The translations under genes were made by a program, and so were the position numbers. Below, piece after piece: positions 19,109 to 27,790 of a DNA stretch of 35,741 bases. The stretch covers positions 1 to 35,741 of the forward strand of contig JBGANF010000085.1 of assembly GCA_044222475.1 (NCBI GenBank). Direction: 5' to 3'. Source of the DNA: Polyangiaceae bacterium (GTDB lineage: Bacteria > Myxococcota_A > Polyangia > Polyangiales > Polyangiaceae). Below the pieces are notes generated by a model. It saw only the letters and a list, made by a program, of their open reading frames with translations, was not told the origin of the DNA and made no database searches. Position 1 is the stretch's first letter, and each line of letters starts with the position of its first letter.

Positions 19109-21574
19109 ATGGGTGTCGTGAAGGGTGCGTCCGAGTCGTCTGCGGAGAACGCTGGGCGGCCGTCCTCGAAGGTCTGTCCGACATGCGGGACGAGATTCTC
19201 GCAGGAAGCGCTCTTTTGTGCGAACGACGGCACGCCGCTGACGAGCGGTGACTCGGCCGGCTCGAGCGCCGACGCCTACGTCGGGCAGACGATCTCCGGC
19301 CACATCGAGGTGCGGAGCCTCGCCGGCTCCGGCGCGATGGGCCGCGTGTACAAAGCCTTCCAGCGCGGCGTCGATCGCGACGTCGCGGTGAAGATCCTCC
19401 ACCGCGAGCTCTCGGCCAATCAGCAGCTCGTGCAGCGCTTCCACCGCGAGGCCAAGGTCGCCTCCCGCCTGCAGCACCCGAACGTCGTGCACGTGCACCT
19501 CGTCGGCCAGCTCGCCGACGGCGCGATGTACATCGTGATGGAGTACCTCGATGGGATGTCTCTCCAGGCGGCGCTGAACGCCGCTGGTGGGGCGTTCGAT
19601 CTCGCGCGCGCACTGCACGTCGCGCTCCAACTCTGCGACTCGGTCGGCGAGGCGCACGCGCAGGGCGTCGTCCACCGTGACCTGAAGCCGGAGAACGTGA
19701 TGCTCGTGCGCCGCGGCGCAGACACCGACTTCGTGAAGGTCCTCGACTTCGGCATCGCGCGCCTCAACTGGGGCGAGCAATCGATGGCGACCGCGGCGGG
19801 GCTCATCTTCGGGACCGCGCGCTACATCTCGCCCGAGGGCGCCCAGGGCGAGCCGGTGGGCCCGGCCGGTGACGTCTACGCGATCGCGACGCTGCTCTAC
19901 CAGATGCTCGCCGGTCGAACTCCGTTCGAGGGCGATCAAGCCGTCGCGCTGCTCGTGCAGCAGATCCACCAGCCGCCGCCTCCGCTGCGATCGATCGAGC
20001 GCGCGGCCTACGTCCCCGAGCCGATCGCGCGAGCGATCATGAAGAACCTCGCCAAGGATCCGCTCGCGCGCGACGCGGACGCGCGCACCTTCGGTCAGTC
20101 GCTCATGGAGGCGGCGAAGCTCGCCGGCCTCTCGCTCGAGGACATCGGCTCACGGCATCTCATGCTCTCGCCGAGGGCCAGCGCGGTCTCGCTCGCGCCG
20201 CTCGAACGCACCGGCAAGATGCCGATGCAGCCGGAGCTGCGCCCCGGGATCGCCGGTCAAGCGCAGACCGCGCCGATGCCGGTTCGCAGCGAGCCGGTGA
20301 TGCCGGTGCGCGCGAGCCAACCGTCGTACCCGTCGTACCCCGATCGTCCGAGCGAGCCGTCGGTTCCGGTGGGGCACGTCGGTCCTCCGGTCGCGCCGCG
20401 GCCGCCCGCCGTCGAGGTCACGGTCGACGACCTGCCGCCCGCTCCGCCGCGCGCGGTCGCGGCGTCGCCAGCGCCGGTCTACGAGCGAACGCAGGCCGTT
20501 CAGCCGATCCCCGAGGCGATGGCGGTTCCGCTCGTTCACCCCCAACTCGACGCGACGGTCCCGCACCCGTCGCCGTCGTCGCCCAACGAGCTCGGCCGCG
20601 CGCGTCGCCTGTCGAAGTACCAACCGCCGACCGATCCTCGCCGCGTCGAGCCCGAGCCCGACGTGCCTCCGTCGCAGGACGAGCCGATGAGCACGATCCC
20701 CGGGATCGGTTCGACGCGGAACCGTCGTGCCCGGATGTTCGCGGTCGTGTTCCTCTGCTTCCTCGCCGGAGCGGTCGGGTCGGTGTTCCTCGCGAAGCGG
20801 CTCGGCGTGGTCGGCGGGCAAACGGACGAGCAATCGCTCGACAAGATGGTCGAGTCGGCGAACCTGGCGATCATCGAGGAGCGTTGGAACGCTCCGCCGG
20901 GGAACAACGTCGTGGACATCACGGACGAAGGCCTTCGTCGCTACCCGAACGACCTGCGCTTGATCGACGTGCGCAAGCGCGCCGCGCGCGAGCTCGTCCA
21001 AGACGCGAGCGCTCAGCTCTACCAGGGCAACGTCGCTCAGGCGACGCGTCTTCTTCAAATCGCGAAGCAGCTCGACCCGGCGAACCTCGACGTGCAACCG
21101 CTGCTCGACAAGCTCGCTGCGGCCGACGCGGCCGCGCCTCCCGTCAAGGTGGACGCCGGGGTCGCCCCGAAACCGACGTTCACCGGAACCGGCGGTGGCA
21201 CGGTCGTCGCTCCGGTGCCCGCGCGCGCGACGATCGAGTCGAACCCTCCGAAGCCTCACCCGGGGCAGGCCGTCGAGATCGTCGTTCACGTGTTCGGACC
21301 GAACAACACCCCGCCCAAGGCGGCCCCCACCGACGTCATGGTGACCGTCGGCGGTCCGAACGTCCCCGCCGGGACGCGGATTCCCGTCATCGCCGACGGC
21401 ACCACGGTGGTTCGCGGCGGCCTCACGTTCTTCGAGGCCGGACGATACGACGTCTCGTTCAGCGCCAAGGTGGATGGCGTCGCCGTCAAAGCGACCAGCG
21501 TGCTCATCATCGCCGCGCCGCCGCCGCCGGGCACGGCGGACGCAGCGCCGACAGCGAGCGGCAAATGGTTGTAA
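19109..21574 (+). CDS. membrane-anchored Hanks-type Ser/Thr protein kinase
   Basis: N-terminal CPTC..FC..DG zinc ribbon, then GSGAMG, VAVK, HRDLKPEN, DFG, YISPE and DVYA. A Pro-rich linker, one TM and extracytoplasmic helical and beta-rich regions follow. The true start may be GTG 19118. Confidence 0.93.
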   Translation: MGVVKGASESSAENAGRPSSKVCPTCGTRFSQEALFCANDGTPLTSGDSAGSSADAYVGQTISGHIEVRSLAGSGAMGRVYKAFQRGVDRDVAVKILHRELSANQQLVQRFHREAKVASRLQHPNVVHVHLVGQLADGAMYIVMEYLDGMSLQAALNAAGGAFDLARALHVALQLCDSVGEAHAQGVVHRDLKPENVMLVRRGADTDFVKVLDFGIARLNWGEQSMATAAGLIFGTARYISPEGAQGEPVGPAGDVYAIATLLYQMLAGRTPFEGDQAVALLVQQIHQPPPPLRSIERAAYVPEPIARAIMKNLAKDPLARDADARTFGQSLMEAAKLAGLSLEDIGSRHLMLSPRASAVSLAPLERTGKMPMQPELRPGIAGQAQTAPMPVRSEPVMPVRASQPSYPSYPDRPSEPSVPVGHVGPPVAPRPPAVEVTVDDLPPAPPRAVAASPAPVYERTQAVQPIPEAMAVPLVHPQLDATVPHPSPSSPNELGRARRLSKYQPPTDPRRVEPEPDVPPSQDEPMSTIPGIGSTRNRRARMFAVVFLCFLAGAVGSVFLAKRLGVVGGQTDEQSLDKMVESANLAIIEERWNAPPGNNVVDITDEGLRRYPNDLRLIDVRKRAARELVQDASAQLYQGNVAQATRLLQIAKQLDPANLDVQPLLDKLAAADAAAPPVKVDAGVAPKPTFTGTGGGTVVAPVPARATIESNPPKPHPGQAVEIVVHVFGPNNTPPKAAPTDVMVTVGGPNVPAGTRIPVIADGTTVVRGGLTFFEAGRYDVSFSAKVDGVAVKATSVLIIAAPPPPGTADAAPTASGKWL

Positions 21575-22305
21575 AGTACACGCTCGCCGCCGTGCTCGCC
21601 GCGGTCGCGGTCCCTTCGGTCGCCTCCGCCGAGGACGCGAGCGCACCGAGCGGCGGCGCCACGAGCCTCAACTTCGTCCAACGCCCTCACACGGTCGCGT
21701 TGCTCGAGGTCGGCATCCTCGCGCTCCCCGGCGCTCCCATCTCGTCGAGCCAAGTCGGTGGCGACACACCGTTCGGCAGCATCGGCTCCGGCGACGCGAC
21801 GCTCCAGACGGGCATCCACATCCTCTTCCGCGTCGCGAAGGATTGGGTGTTCGGCGCCGGCTTCCTCTTCGGCCCGCGCCCGACGTCGGACCCGGAGTAC
21901 GGAGGGGCGTCGAACCTGCAGAGAACCCACTCGCGCAGCTACCTGTCGACGGGCGGCGAGGCGCGATGGGTCCCGCTGCACACGCGCTTCATCGAAGCTT
22001 GGCTCGGCGCGAACGCCGACGTCGTCATCATCGCCGACCGCTTCGCCACCGAGGGTCCATCGAAGCCGACGGTCTTCGGCGAACGCGTGGTCACGCTCCA
22101 CACGGAGGGGCTCAGCGTCGGTGTCGCGGCCGGTTTCGATTGGGTGATCACGGATCGGTTCGTCGCCGGCTTCGGCGTCCGGGTCGCGCACTGGTTCCTT
22201 CCGTCGACCCCGACGTGCTCGCCGATCGGTGACTGCACCACGCTCCTCGGCTCGGCGAACGCCATCGGTTTCGGGCTCACGCTCGGCTACCGCATCCCGC
22301 TCTGA
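21565..22305 (+). CDS. putative outer-membrane beta-barrel protein
   Basis: Signal peptide ending ASA, alternating amphipathic beta-strands and C-terminal LTLGYRIPL. It overlaps the kinase end by 10 nt. Confidence 0.65.
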   Translation: MVVKYTLAAVLAAVAVPSVASAEDASAPSGGATSLNFVQRPHTVALLEVGILALPGAPISSSQVGGDTPFGSIGSGDATLQTGIHILFRVAKDWVFGAGFLFGPRPTSDPEYGGASNLQRTHSRSYLSTGGEARWVPLHTRFIEAWLGANADVVIIADRFATEGPSKPTVFGERVVTLHTEGLSVGVAAGFDWVITDRFVAGFGVRVAHWFLPSTPTCSPIGDCTTLLGSANAIGFGLTLGYRIPL

Positions 22306-22358
22306 TCCTGGCCTCTTGGTCAGTTGTCGGCGCTGGGCCCTCGTGCGATGAGGATCGC

Positions 22359-23006
22359 ATGAAGAAGGTATCCGTTCTCGGTTCGGGGCAGGTCGGCGAG
22401 GTTCTGGCGAATGGCTTCCTGAAGAAGGGCTACGCCGTGATGCGCGGGACGCGCGATCCCGCGAAGCTCGCCGACTGGAAGGCGAAGGCCGGCGCGAACG
22501 CGAGCACCGGTACGTTCGCCGAAGCGGCGACGTTCGGAGAGCTCGCGGTGCTCGCGGTCAAGGGCAGCGCGGCCGAGTCCGCGATCGATCTCGCCGGACC
22601 GAAGAACCTCGCCGGCAAGCTCGTGATCGACGCGACGAACCCGATCGCCGACGCGGCGCCGGAGGACGGCGTGATCAAGTTCTTCACCGGCCCGAACGAG
22701 TCGCTGATGGAGAAGCTTCAGAAGCGCGCGCCGGAAGCGAAGTTCGTCAAAGGCTGGTCGTGCGTGGGCAACGCGTTCATGGTCGATCCCGACTTCGGAG
22801 GCATCAAGCCGACGATGTTCCTCTGCGGCAACGACGCCGGCGCGAAGGCCGAGGCGACGAAGATCATGGAGCAGTTCGGCTGGGAAACCGCCGACATGGG
22901 GACTGCCGCCGGCGCTCGAGCGATCGAGCCGCTGTGCATGCTCTGGTGCATCCCCGGGATGCGCGGTGGAAGCTGGACGCACGCGTTCAAGCTGCTGCGC
23001 AAGTAG
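22359..23006 (+). CDS. NADP oxidoreductase, F420-dependent family (COG2085-like)
   Basis: Motifs VLGSGQVG, LAVK, GKLVIDATNPI, FVKGWS, CGNDAGAK and GWE..DMG....ARAIEP. Confidence 0.85.
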   Translation: MKKVSVLGSGQVGEVLANGFLKKGYAVMRGTRDPAKLADWKAKAGANASTGTFAEAATFGELAVLAVKGSAAESAIDLAGPKNLAGKLVIDATNPIADAAPEDGVIKFFTGPNESLMEKLQKRAPEAKFVKGWSCVGNAFMVDPDFGGIKPTMFLCGNDAGAKAEATKIMEQFGWETADMGTAAGARAIEPLCMLWCIPGMRGGSWTHAFKLLRK

Positions 23007-24557
23007 CTACCTCTCGAACGGCCCGAGGTCGGTCGGGGCGCTTCGCGCCGCACCGGTGCGGTCGAGGGTGGCGTTCGCGTTCAGCTCGCCGAGATTCAAG
23101 AAGACCGCCGTCGCCGACGGGCTCCACACCGTCGGATCGTTGCTCGCCCCCGCGGGGAACGCCTTGAACCACGACGTGTCGAGCGTCGCCGAGACGTGCT
23201 CTTGCGCGTTCGGCGTACGACCGGTGAGCGCGGCGTTGATGTAGTAGTTGTGGAGGTACACGTTGGCGGACACCGTGCCGTCGACCTCCATCGCGAGCAT
23301 GTTCGCGCCGACGCCGACGAAGACGTTGTTCTCGACGCGGTTCCGGGTCGAGTCGACGATGAACTGGATCATCTGTCGGTTGGCGACTTTGGCCACGAAG
23401 AGGTTGTGGAGGATCTGGTTGTCGGACGCGCCGAGGTTGGGGTTCGTCGTCTCCTGCCAGAAGCTGACACCGTGCTTTGCGTAGACGGCAAAGATGTTGT
23501 CGCGCACGATGCTGCGCCGCGCTGACGTGAAGTTCGCGCCCTGGGCCAGGCCGTCGTGGAAGAAGTTCGACTCGACGAGCATGAAGTCGCTCGCGCCGCG
23601 GCCGCCGTCGCCGGGCGTGCCCGCGACGGCGTCGCAGGCGGGGGTGTTCACGGCGATGCCGACGTCGGTGCACGTCGACGCCGGGTCGGCGTTGATCTGG
23701 AAGTCGGAGCTCAGGTTGTTCCAGAGCTCGTTCTGGCGAACGATGTTCCAGTCGCTTCCGTTCGAGAGATAGATCCCGTGACCGTCGCCCGCTTTCGCGC
23801 CGTGACCGAGGTTCTTCTCGACGACGAACCAGTCGGTCGCGCCGGTGAAGAACGGGTCCTTGTTTTGGTCGTGACCATCGCAGTCGAGGACGGCGTTGCC
23901 CTTGGTGTGCTTCGTCGCCGCGTAGTCCTCCCCGACCGATCGCACGCCGTAGGCTCCGCCGACGAGCTCGAAGCCGTCGATCGCGACGTAGTCGGCGGCT
24001 TCGAGGTTGATGCACGTCTGGCGGCCGGTGGCGCAGCAGTTCATGACGACGCTGCGGGCGTTCCCCTGGCGCTCGCCGTAGAGGACGATCGGGTCGTCGT
24101 ACGTGCCGCCCTTGCCGATCCCGATCTCGAAGCATCCCGAATAGGTACCGGTGACGAAATAGACCTGAGTTCCGGGAGTGGCAGCGGCGAGCCCGGCGGT
24201 GACCGTCGTCGGCGTCTGCTTCGTCGCGCCGTTTCCGCCGCCGGTGGGGCTGACGTAGATGATCTTGCCCGGCTTGTACGATGGGTCGGTGTACCAGCGG
24301 TTGAACTTCTCCGGGAAGCCTCGATAGGTGCTGCCGCGCGCGACCGCAGGTTGGGTGAGCGGCACCATCGGGACGATGTCGGCGGTCGGGGTTGCGCCGT
24401 CCGGCGGAACGCTGCCGTCGATCGGAGCGCTACCGTCCGGCGGAACGCTGCCATCGATCGGAGCGCTGCCGTCCGCAGGCGTGGTCGTCGTTTCGTCGCT
24501 GCACGCCGCGGCCAAGAGCGCGACGACGGCGAGGCCTCGAAGAGAAGCTGGCTTCAT
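23007..24557 (-). CDS. right-handed parallel beta-helix lipoprotein (pectate-lyase-like superfamily)
   Basis: ATG 24557 and lipobox LAAAC, then IYVSPTG...PG......GTY, repeated Asn-ladder turns (VRQN, VESN, VRDN, ILHN, VENN), GHGIY and C-terminal DLGPFE. Confidence 0.8.
   Translation of the reverse strand: MKPASLRGLAVVALLAAACSDETTTTPADGSAPIDGSVPPDGSAPIDGSVPPDGATPTADIVPMVPLTQPAVARGSTYRGFPEKFNRWYTDPSYKPGKIIYVSPTGGGNGATKQTPTTVTAGLAAATPGTQVYFVTGTYSGCFEIGIGKGGTYDDPIVLYGERQGNARSVVMNCCATGRQTCINLEAADYVAIDGFELVGGAYGVRSVGEDYAATKHTKGNAVLDCDGHDQNKDPFFTGATDWFVVEKNLGHGAKAGDGHGIYLSNGSDWNIVRQNELWNNLSSDFQINADPASTCTDVGIAVNTPACDAVAGTPGDGGRGASDFMLVESNFFHDGLAQGANFTSARRSIVRDNIFAVYAKHGVSFWQETTNPNLGASDNQILHNLFVAKVANRQMIQFIVDSTRNRVENNVFVGVGANMLAMEVDGTVSANVYLHNYYINAALTGRTPNAQEHVSATLDTSWFKAFPAGASNDPTVWSPSATAVFLNLGELNANATLDRTGAARSAPTDLGPFER
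24397..24475. repeat. 36-bp tandem repeat (two full copies plus a partial) encoding the DGSAPIDGSVPP linker
   Basis: Units 24397-24432 and 24433-24468 differ at two positions. A third copy begins CCGTCCG at 24469. Confidence 0.9.
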
Positions 24558-24583
24558 CGCCCGATCGTACGCCACTTCGCGAA

Positions 24584-25324
24584 TCAGGGCACCGACCGAA
24601 CCGCGATCGCCAGGAGCGCGCTCACGCGATCGAAGACGATCCCGAGAATCGCCAGGAGCGCGAGCGCGCGCATCGGCGCGAAGATCGCGTGCACCTGGGC
24701 CGGGCTCGACGCTCGCGCCACGAGGGCGCCGGCGATCTCGAGCACGATCGCCGACGCGAGCAGCGGCGCACCGATCGCGACGGCGACCGTGATGCCGGAC
24801 GCGACGTGCAGCGCGGCGGTCGCGATGGGGTGAGCCACGAGCGGCTGGGTGGCGAGCGCGAGCGCGACGCGCGCGGGACCACCCGTCGCCAGGAAGATCG
24901 ACGACGCGAGCAGCGAGAAGGCTACCCCGAGCGGCGTCGCCCGGCCCTCGACCACCGGGACCTGCGCGCCTTCTTGCTGCGCGCCCCGCAGCCCGTCGAC
25001 CAAGCCGCCCGCCATCGTCGCGGCCCAAAGTGGGACGGCCGCCGCGATGGCGACCGGGAGACCGCGCATCACCTCGAGGACCGCGGCCAGCGCCCACGGG
25101 ACGCCCTCCGGTGCGGCGGCGGTGGCGGCGACCGCGGGGTACGTGGCAGCCGCGAGCGCGAGCGCGATCACCACGCGACCGCCGGTCGGCAGCGCGCGCA
25201 GCCCGAACGCCGGGACGAGGACCACCGCGGGCGTGGCCCGCGCCCACGCGAGGCCGAGGGCCTCGATGTCGACGCCTCCGTCGCGGAGCGCGCGCGCGAC
25301 TTCGGGGAGGAGCTCGCCGGGCAC
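24584..25324 (-). CDS. FliR/SctT (Bac_export_1) type III export-gate family membrane protein
   Basis: Motifs AR.....LVPAFG...P...RV.IALAL, LE...GL......PLWAA.MAG.LVD..RG, FLATGG, AP......LE...AL.ARA..P and P.R.L. The protein is very hydrophobic. Confidence 0.8.
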   Translation of the reverse strand: MPGELLPEVARALRDGGVDIEALGLAWARATPAVVLVPAFGLRALPTGGRVVIALALAAATYPAVAATAAAPEGVPWALAAVLEVMRGLPVAIAAAVPLWAATMAGGLVDGLRGAQQEGAQVPVVEGRATPLGVAFSLLASSIFLATGGPARVALALATQPLVAHPIATAALHVASGITVAVAIGAPLLASAIVLEIAGALVARASSPAQVHAIFAPMRALALLAILGIVFDRVSALLAIAVRSVP

Positions 25325-25401
25325 GGCCCGAACCTACCACCGTCGGTCTCGGGACGAGCCCGAGATTGGACTTTGTCGTGACGTCGCCGTACGAACGCGT
25401 C

Positions 25402-25839
25402 ATGCGTCTCGCTTCGCTGGTTGGCCTCGTCGCGCTCGCGCTCGCGGCCTGCGGCGAGCCGGAAGCGCCGCCTACCGGTCGCCCGTGCGTCGATGCCGAG
25501 GCGGACGCGTTGCGACGGATGCGAGCGCGCTTCCACCTGTCCGAGGAAGACACCGCCAACTTCACGCCTTCTCCGACCAAGGTCGATCTCGATCACGATG
25601 GCCAGAGCGATCGCATCTACACGTTCGAGCTGAACGCCCAGTCGCTCACCGTCGTGTACGCGATGCGAAGCGCTTGCGGCGAGCCGATGGGGGAGATGGG
25701 CGGACCGGTGACGGTGCTCAAGACGTCGAGCCGCAACTTCCTCGACCTCAAGGTCACGCTCGACGGCGCGAACGGTGCCGGCACGACCTGGAAGATCTGC
25801 CGCGTGGGCGAAGACGGCTACCGCTGCACCGACCCCTGA
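25402..25839 (+). CDS. hypothetical lipoprotein with Dx[DN]xDG motif
   Basis: ATG 25402, lipobox LAAC, VDLDHDGQSD and four further Cys. Confidence 0.7.
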   Translation: MRLASLVGLVALALAACGEPEAPPTGRPCVDAEADALRRMRARFHLSEEDTANFTPSPTKVDLDHDGQSDRIYTFELNAQSLTVVYAMRSACGEPMGEMGGPVTVLKTSSRNFLDLKVTLDGANGAGTTWKICRVGEDGYRCTDP

Positions 25840-25860
25840 TTTGGTGTACTCCCTCTCCCC

Positions 25861-26745
25861 ATGGCGTTCGACCTCTCCATCGTCGGCAAGACCTCCGCGC
25901 CCTCCACGTTCGAATACTCGTGGAAGGACACCGTCCTCTACGCGCTCGGCATCGGCGCGAAGAAGGACGAGCTCGATTACCTCTACGAAGGCGCGACGTT
26001 CGGCAACGTCGAGGCCAAGACGGCGCAGCCGCGGCCGCTCGTCTACCCGAGCTTCGTCGTCGTGCCGACGTTCCCGATCATGCTCGACTACCTCGGAAAG
26101 ACCGGGGGCGATCTGGCGATGGTCGTGCACGGGGCGCAGCGCGTCACCATGCACAAGCCGCTCGCGCCGAGCGGCAAGCTCGTGTCGACCGCGACGATCC
26201 GCGGCATCTACGACATGCGCCGCTTCGCGAGCGTCCTCGTCGACACGCAGACCAAGGACGAGAAGGGCGAGCTCGTCTGCGATCAGACCTGGACGATCAT
26301 CTACCGCGATCACGGCGGCTTCGGGGGTGCTCCGCCGCCGAAGGAGCCGAGCGGCATCGACGTCCCGAAGGGCACCGAGCCGAGCTTCCGCATCGAGGAG
26401 AAGACGTCACCGGAGCAGGCGCTCCTGTACCGTCTCTCGGGCGATCCGAACCCGCTCCACGCCGATCCCGAGTTCGCGAAGAAGGTGGGCTTCGAGCAGG
26501 GGCCGATCCTCCACGGGCTCTGCACGTTCGGCTACGAGGTGCGGCACGCCGTCAAGGGCGCGTGCGGTGGCGACGCGACGCGCCTGACGGGGTTCGAGGG
26601 TCAGTTCCGCCGCCCGGTGTGGCCGGGAGACACGATCGTGACCGAGGGTTGGATCGTCGCCCCCGGCAAGGTCGCGCTGCAGATCTCCATCAAGGAGCGC
26701 GACGAGAAGGTCATCACGAGCGCGAGCGCGACGTTCCGGCCGTGA
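25861..26745 (+). CDS. MaoC-family (R)-specific enoyl-CoA hydratase 2 (double hot-dog)
   Basis: Motifs LYALGIG, VHGAQ, the hydratase-2 motif YRLSGDPNPLHADP, PILHGLCTFG and PVWPGDT. Confidence 0.92.
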   Translation: MAFDLSIVGKTSAPSTFEYSWKDTVLYALGIGAKKDELDYLYEGATFGNVEAKTAQPRPLVYPSFVVVPTFPIMLDYLGKTGGDLAMVVHGAQRVTMHKPLAPSGKLVSTATIRGIYDMRRFASVLVDTQTKDEKGELVCDQTWTIIYRDHGGFGGAPPPKEPSGIDVPKGTEPSFRIEEKTSPEQALLYRLSGDPNPLHADPEFAKKVGFEQGPILHGLCTFGYEVRHAVKGACGGDATRLTGFEGQFRRPVWPGDTIVTEGWIVAPGKVALQISIKERDEKVITSASATFRP

Positions 26746-26746
26746 G

Positions 26747-27247
26747 TCAGGCGCTCTGACCGAGGAGCACGAGCAACAGCGCGAGCCCGAAGCCGAACCC
26801 GCCGACGGTGGACAGGAAGAGCCCCAGCTTGTACCAACTTGGTACATTGCCTTCGTCGTCGAGCGGATAGCCGACCGCAAGCGACCACAGGCCGACGAAG
26901 AGCGCCGGTCCGGCGAGGAGCGGCCCTCGGATGCCGTACGCGCCTCCGTGGAGCAGCGTGTCGATCAGCGACGCCGTGAGCCCGCTGCCGACGACGGTGA
27001 GGAACCCACCGACGATGCGCGGGTGGCGCGCGAAGAAGCGGTGGCGCTGCCAGTAGGTGCGCTCGCGCTGGCCGATTCCGGCGAACGCCGCGGGCGGCGG
27101 CCGTGCGGGGGCGTTGGAATCGGGCGGGAGCTCGGCTCGCTGGACCACGATCTTCGCCGGAGCCTCCGGCAGGGGCGGCGTGGCGTCCGCGGGCGCCCGG
27201 TAGCCAGTCGGCCTCGGGCGCGGCGGCGGGAAGAAGGGCGTCGTCAA
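26747..27247 (-). CDS. hypothetical membrane protein (Pro-rich N-terminus, three TM helices)
   Basis: Fills the gap and has three hydrophobic segments. TTG start lies 7 nt after the upstream stop. Confidence 0.6.
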   Translation of the reverse strand: MTTPFFPPPRPRPTGYRAPADATPPLPEAPAKIVVQRAELPPDSNAPARPPPAAFAGIGQRERTYWQRHRFFARHPRIVGGFLTVVGSGLTASLIDTLLHGGAYGIRGPLLAGPALFVGLWSLAVGYPLDDEGNVPSWYKLGLFLSTVGGFGFGLALLLVLLGQSA

Positions 27248-27254
27248 CGAAATG

Positions 27255-27674
27255 TCAGTGCGCGAGCGCGCTCACGCACGCGCTGAACGCGAAGCCGAAC
27301 AGCACGAGCACCGCGATGCCGATGCGGATCCACGTGATGACGCCCCAGGCGCTCATCCCGCTGCCCTGGTTGTAGTAGCCGGCCGGCGGCTGCCACTGTT
27401 GGATCGGCGGTTGGCCCCACTGCTGCTGTTGCTGCGGGTAGCCGCCGTAGCCGTACGGCTGTTGGCCATAGGGGGGAGGCTGACCATACGGCATCGGTTG
27501 CGGTGCGCCGTACCCTTGGGCCGGCGGATACGCGCCGTAGCCCGGAGCCGGAGCCGGAGCGGCCTGCGGATACGGCGCCGGCGCCTGATTCAGCGCGCTT
27601 CCGCAGTACTGGCACTGCGCGGCCTGCGGGTTCGTAACGAGGGCGCCGCACCGCCCACACTTCGGAGCCTCCAT
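27255..27674 (-). CDS. zinc-ribbon + P/Q/Y/G low-complexity + C-terminal TM protein
   Basis: ATG 27674, CGRC...CQYCG, PYGQ/QQWGQP repeats and a hydrophobic C-terminus. Confidence 0.7.
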   Translation of the reverse strand: MEAPKCGRCGALVTNPQAAQCQYCGSALNQAPAPYPQAAPAPAPGYGAYPPAQGYGAPQPMPYGQPPPYGQQPYGYGGYPQQQQQWGQPPIQQWQPPAGYYNQGSGMSAWGVITWIRIGIAVLVLFGFAFSACVSALAH

Positions 27675-27790
27675 TACCTTCGTAGCGTACGGTGGGACCC
27701 CGGTTGCCTCTTCCCAAATCGACCGTTCGGCGCCACATTTCGTAGCCCTTTTCCCTACCCCCCGGACCTCCGGTCCCACGAGGCATCTCC

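Noticed and set aside
24397..24475. 36-bp repeats as a possible CRISPR array
   Set aside because: The repeats are directly adjacent with no spacers, lie in-frame within a CDS, and no cas genes are present.
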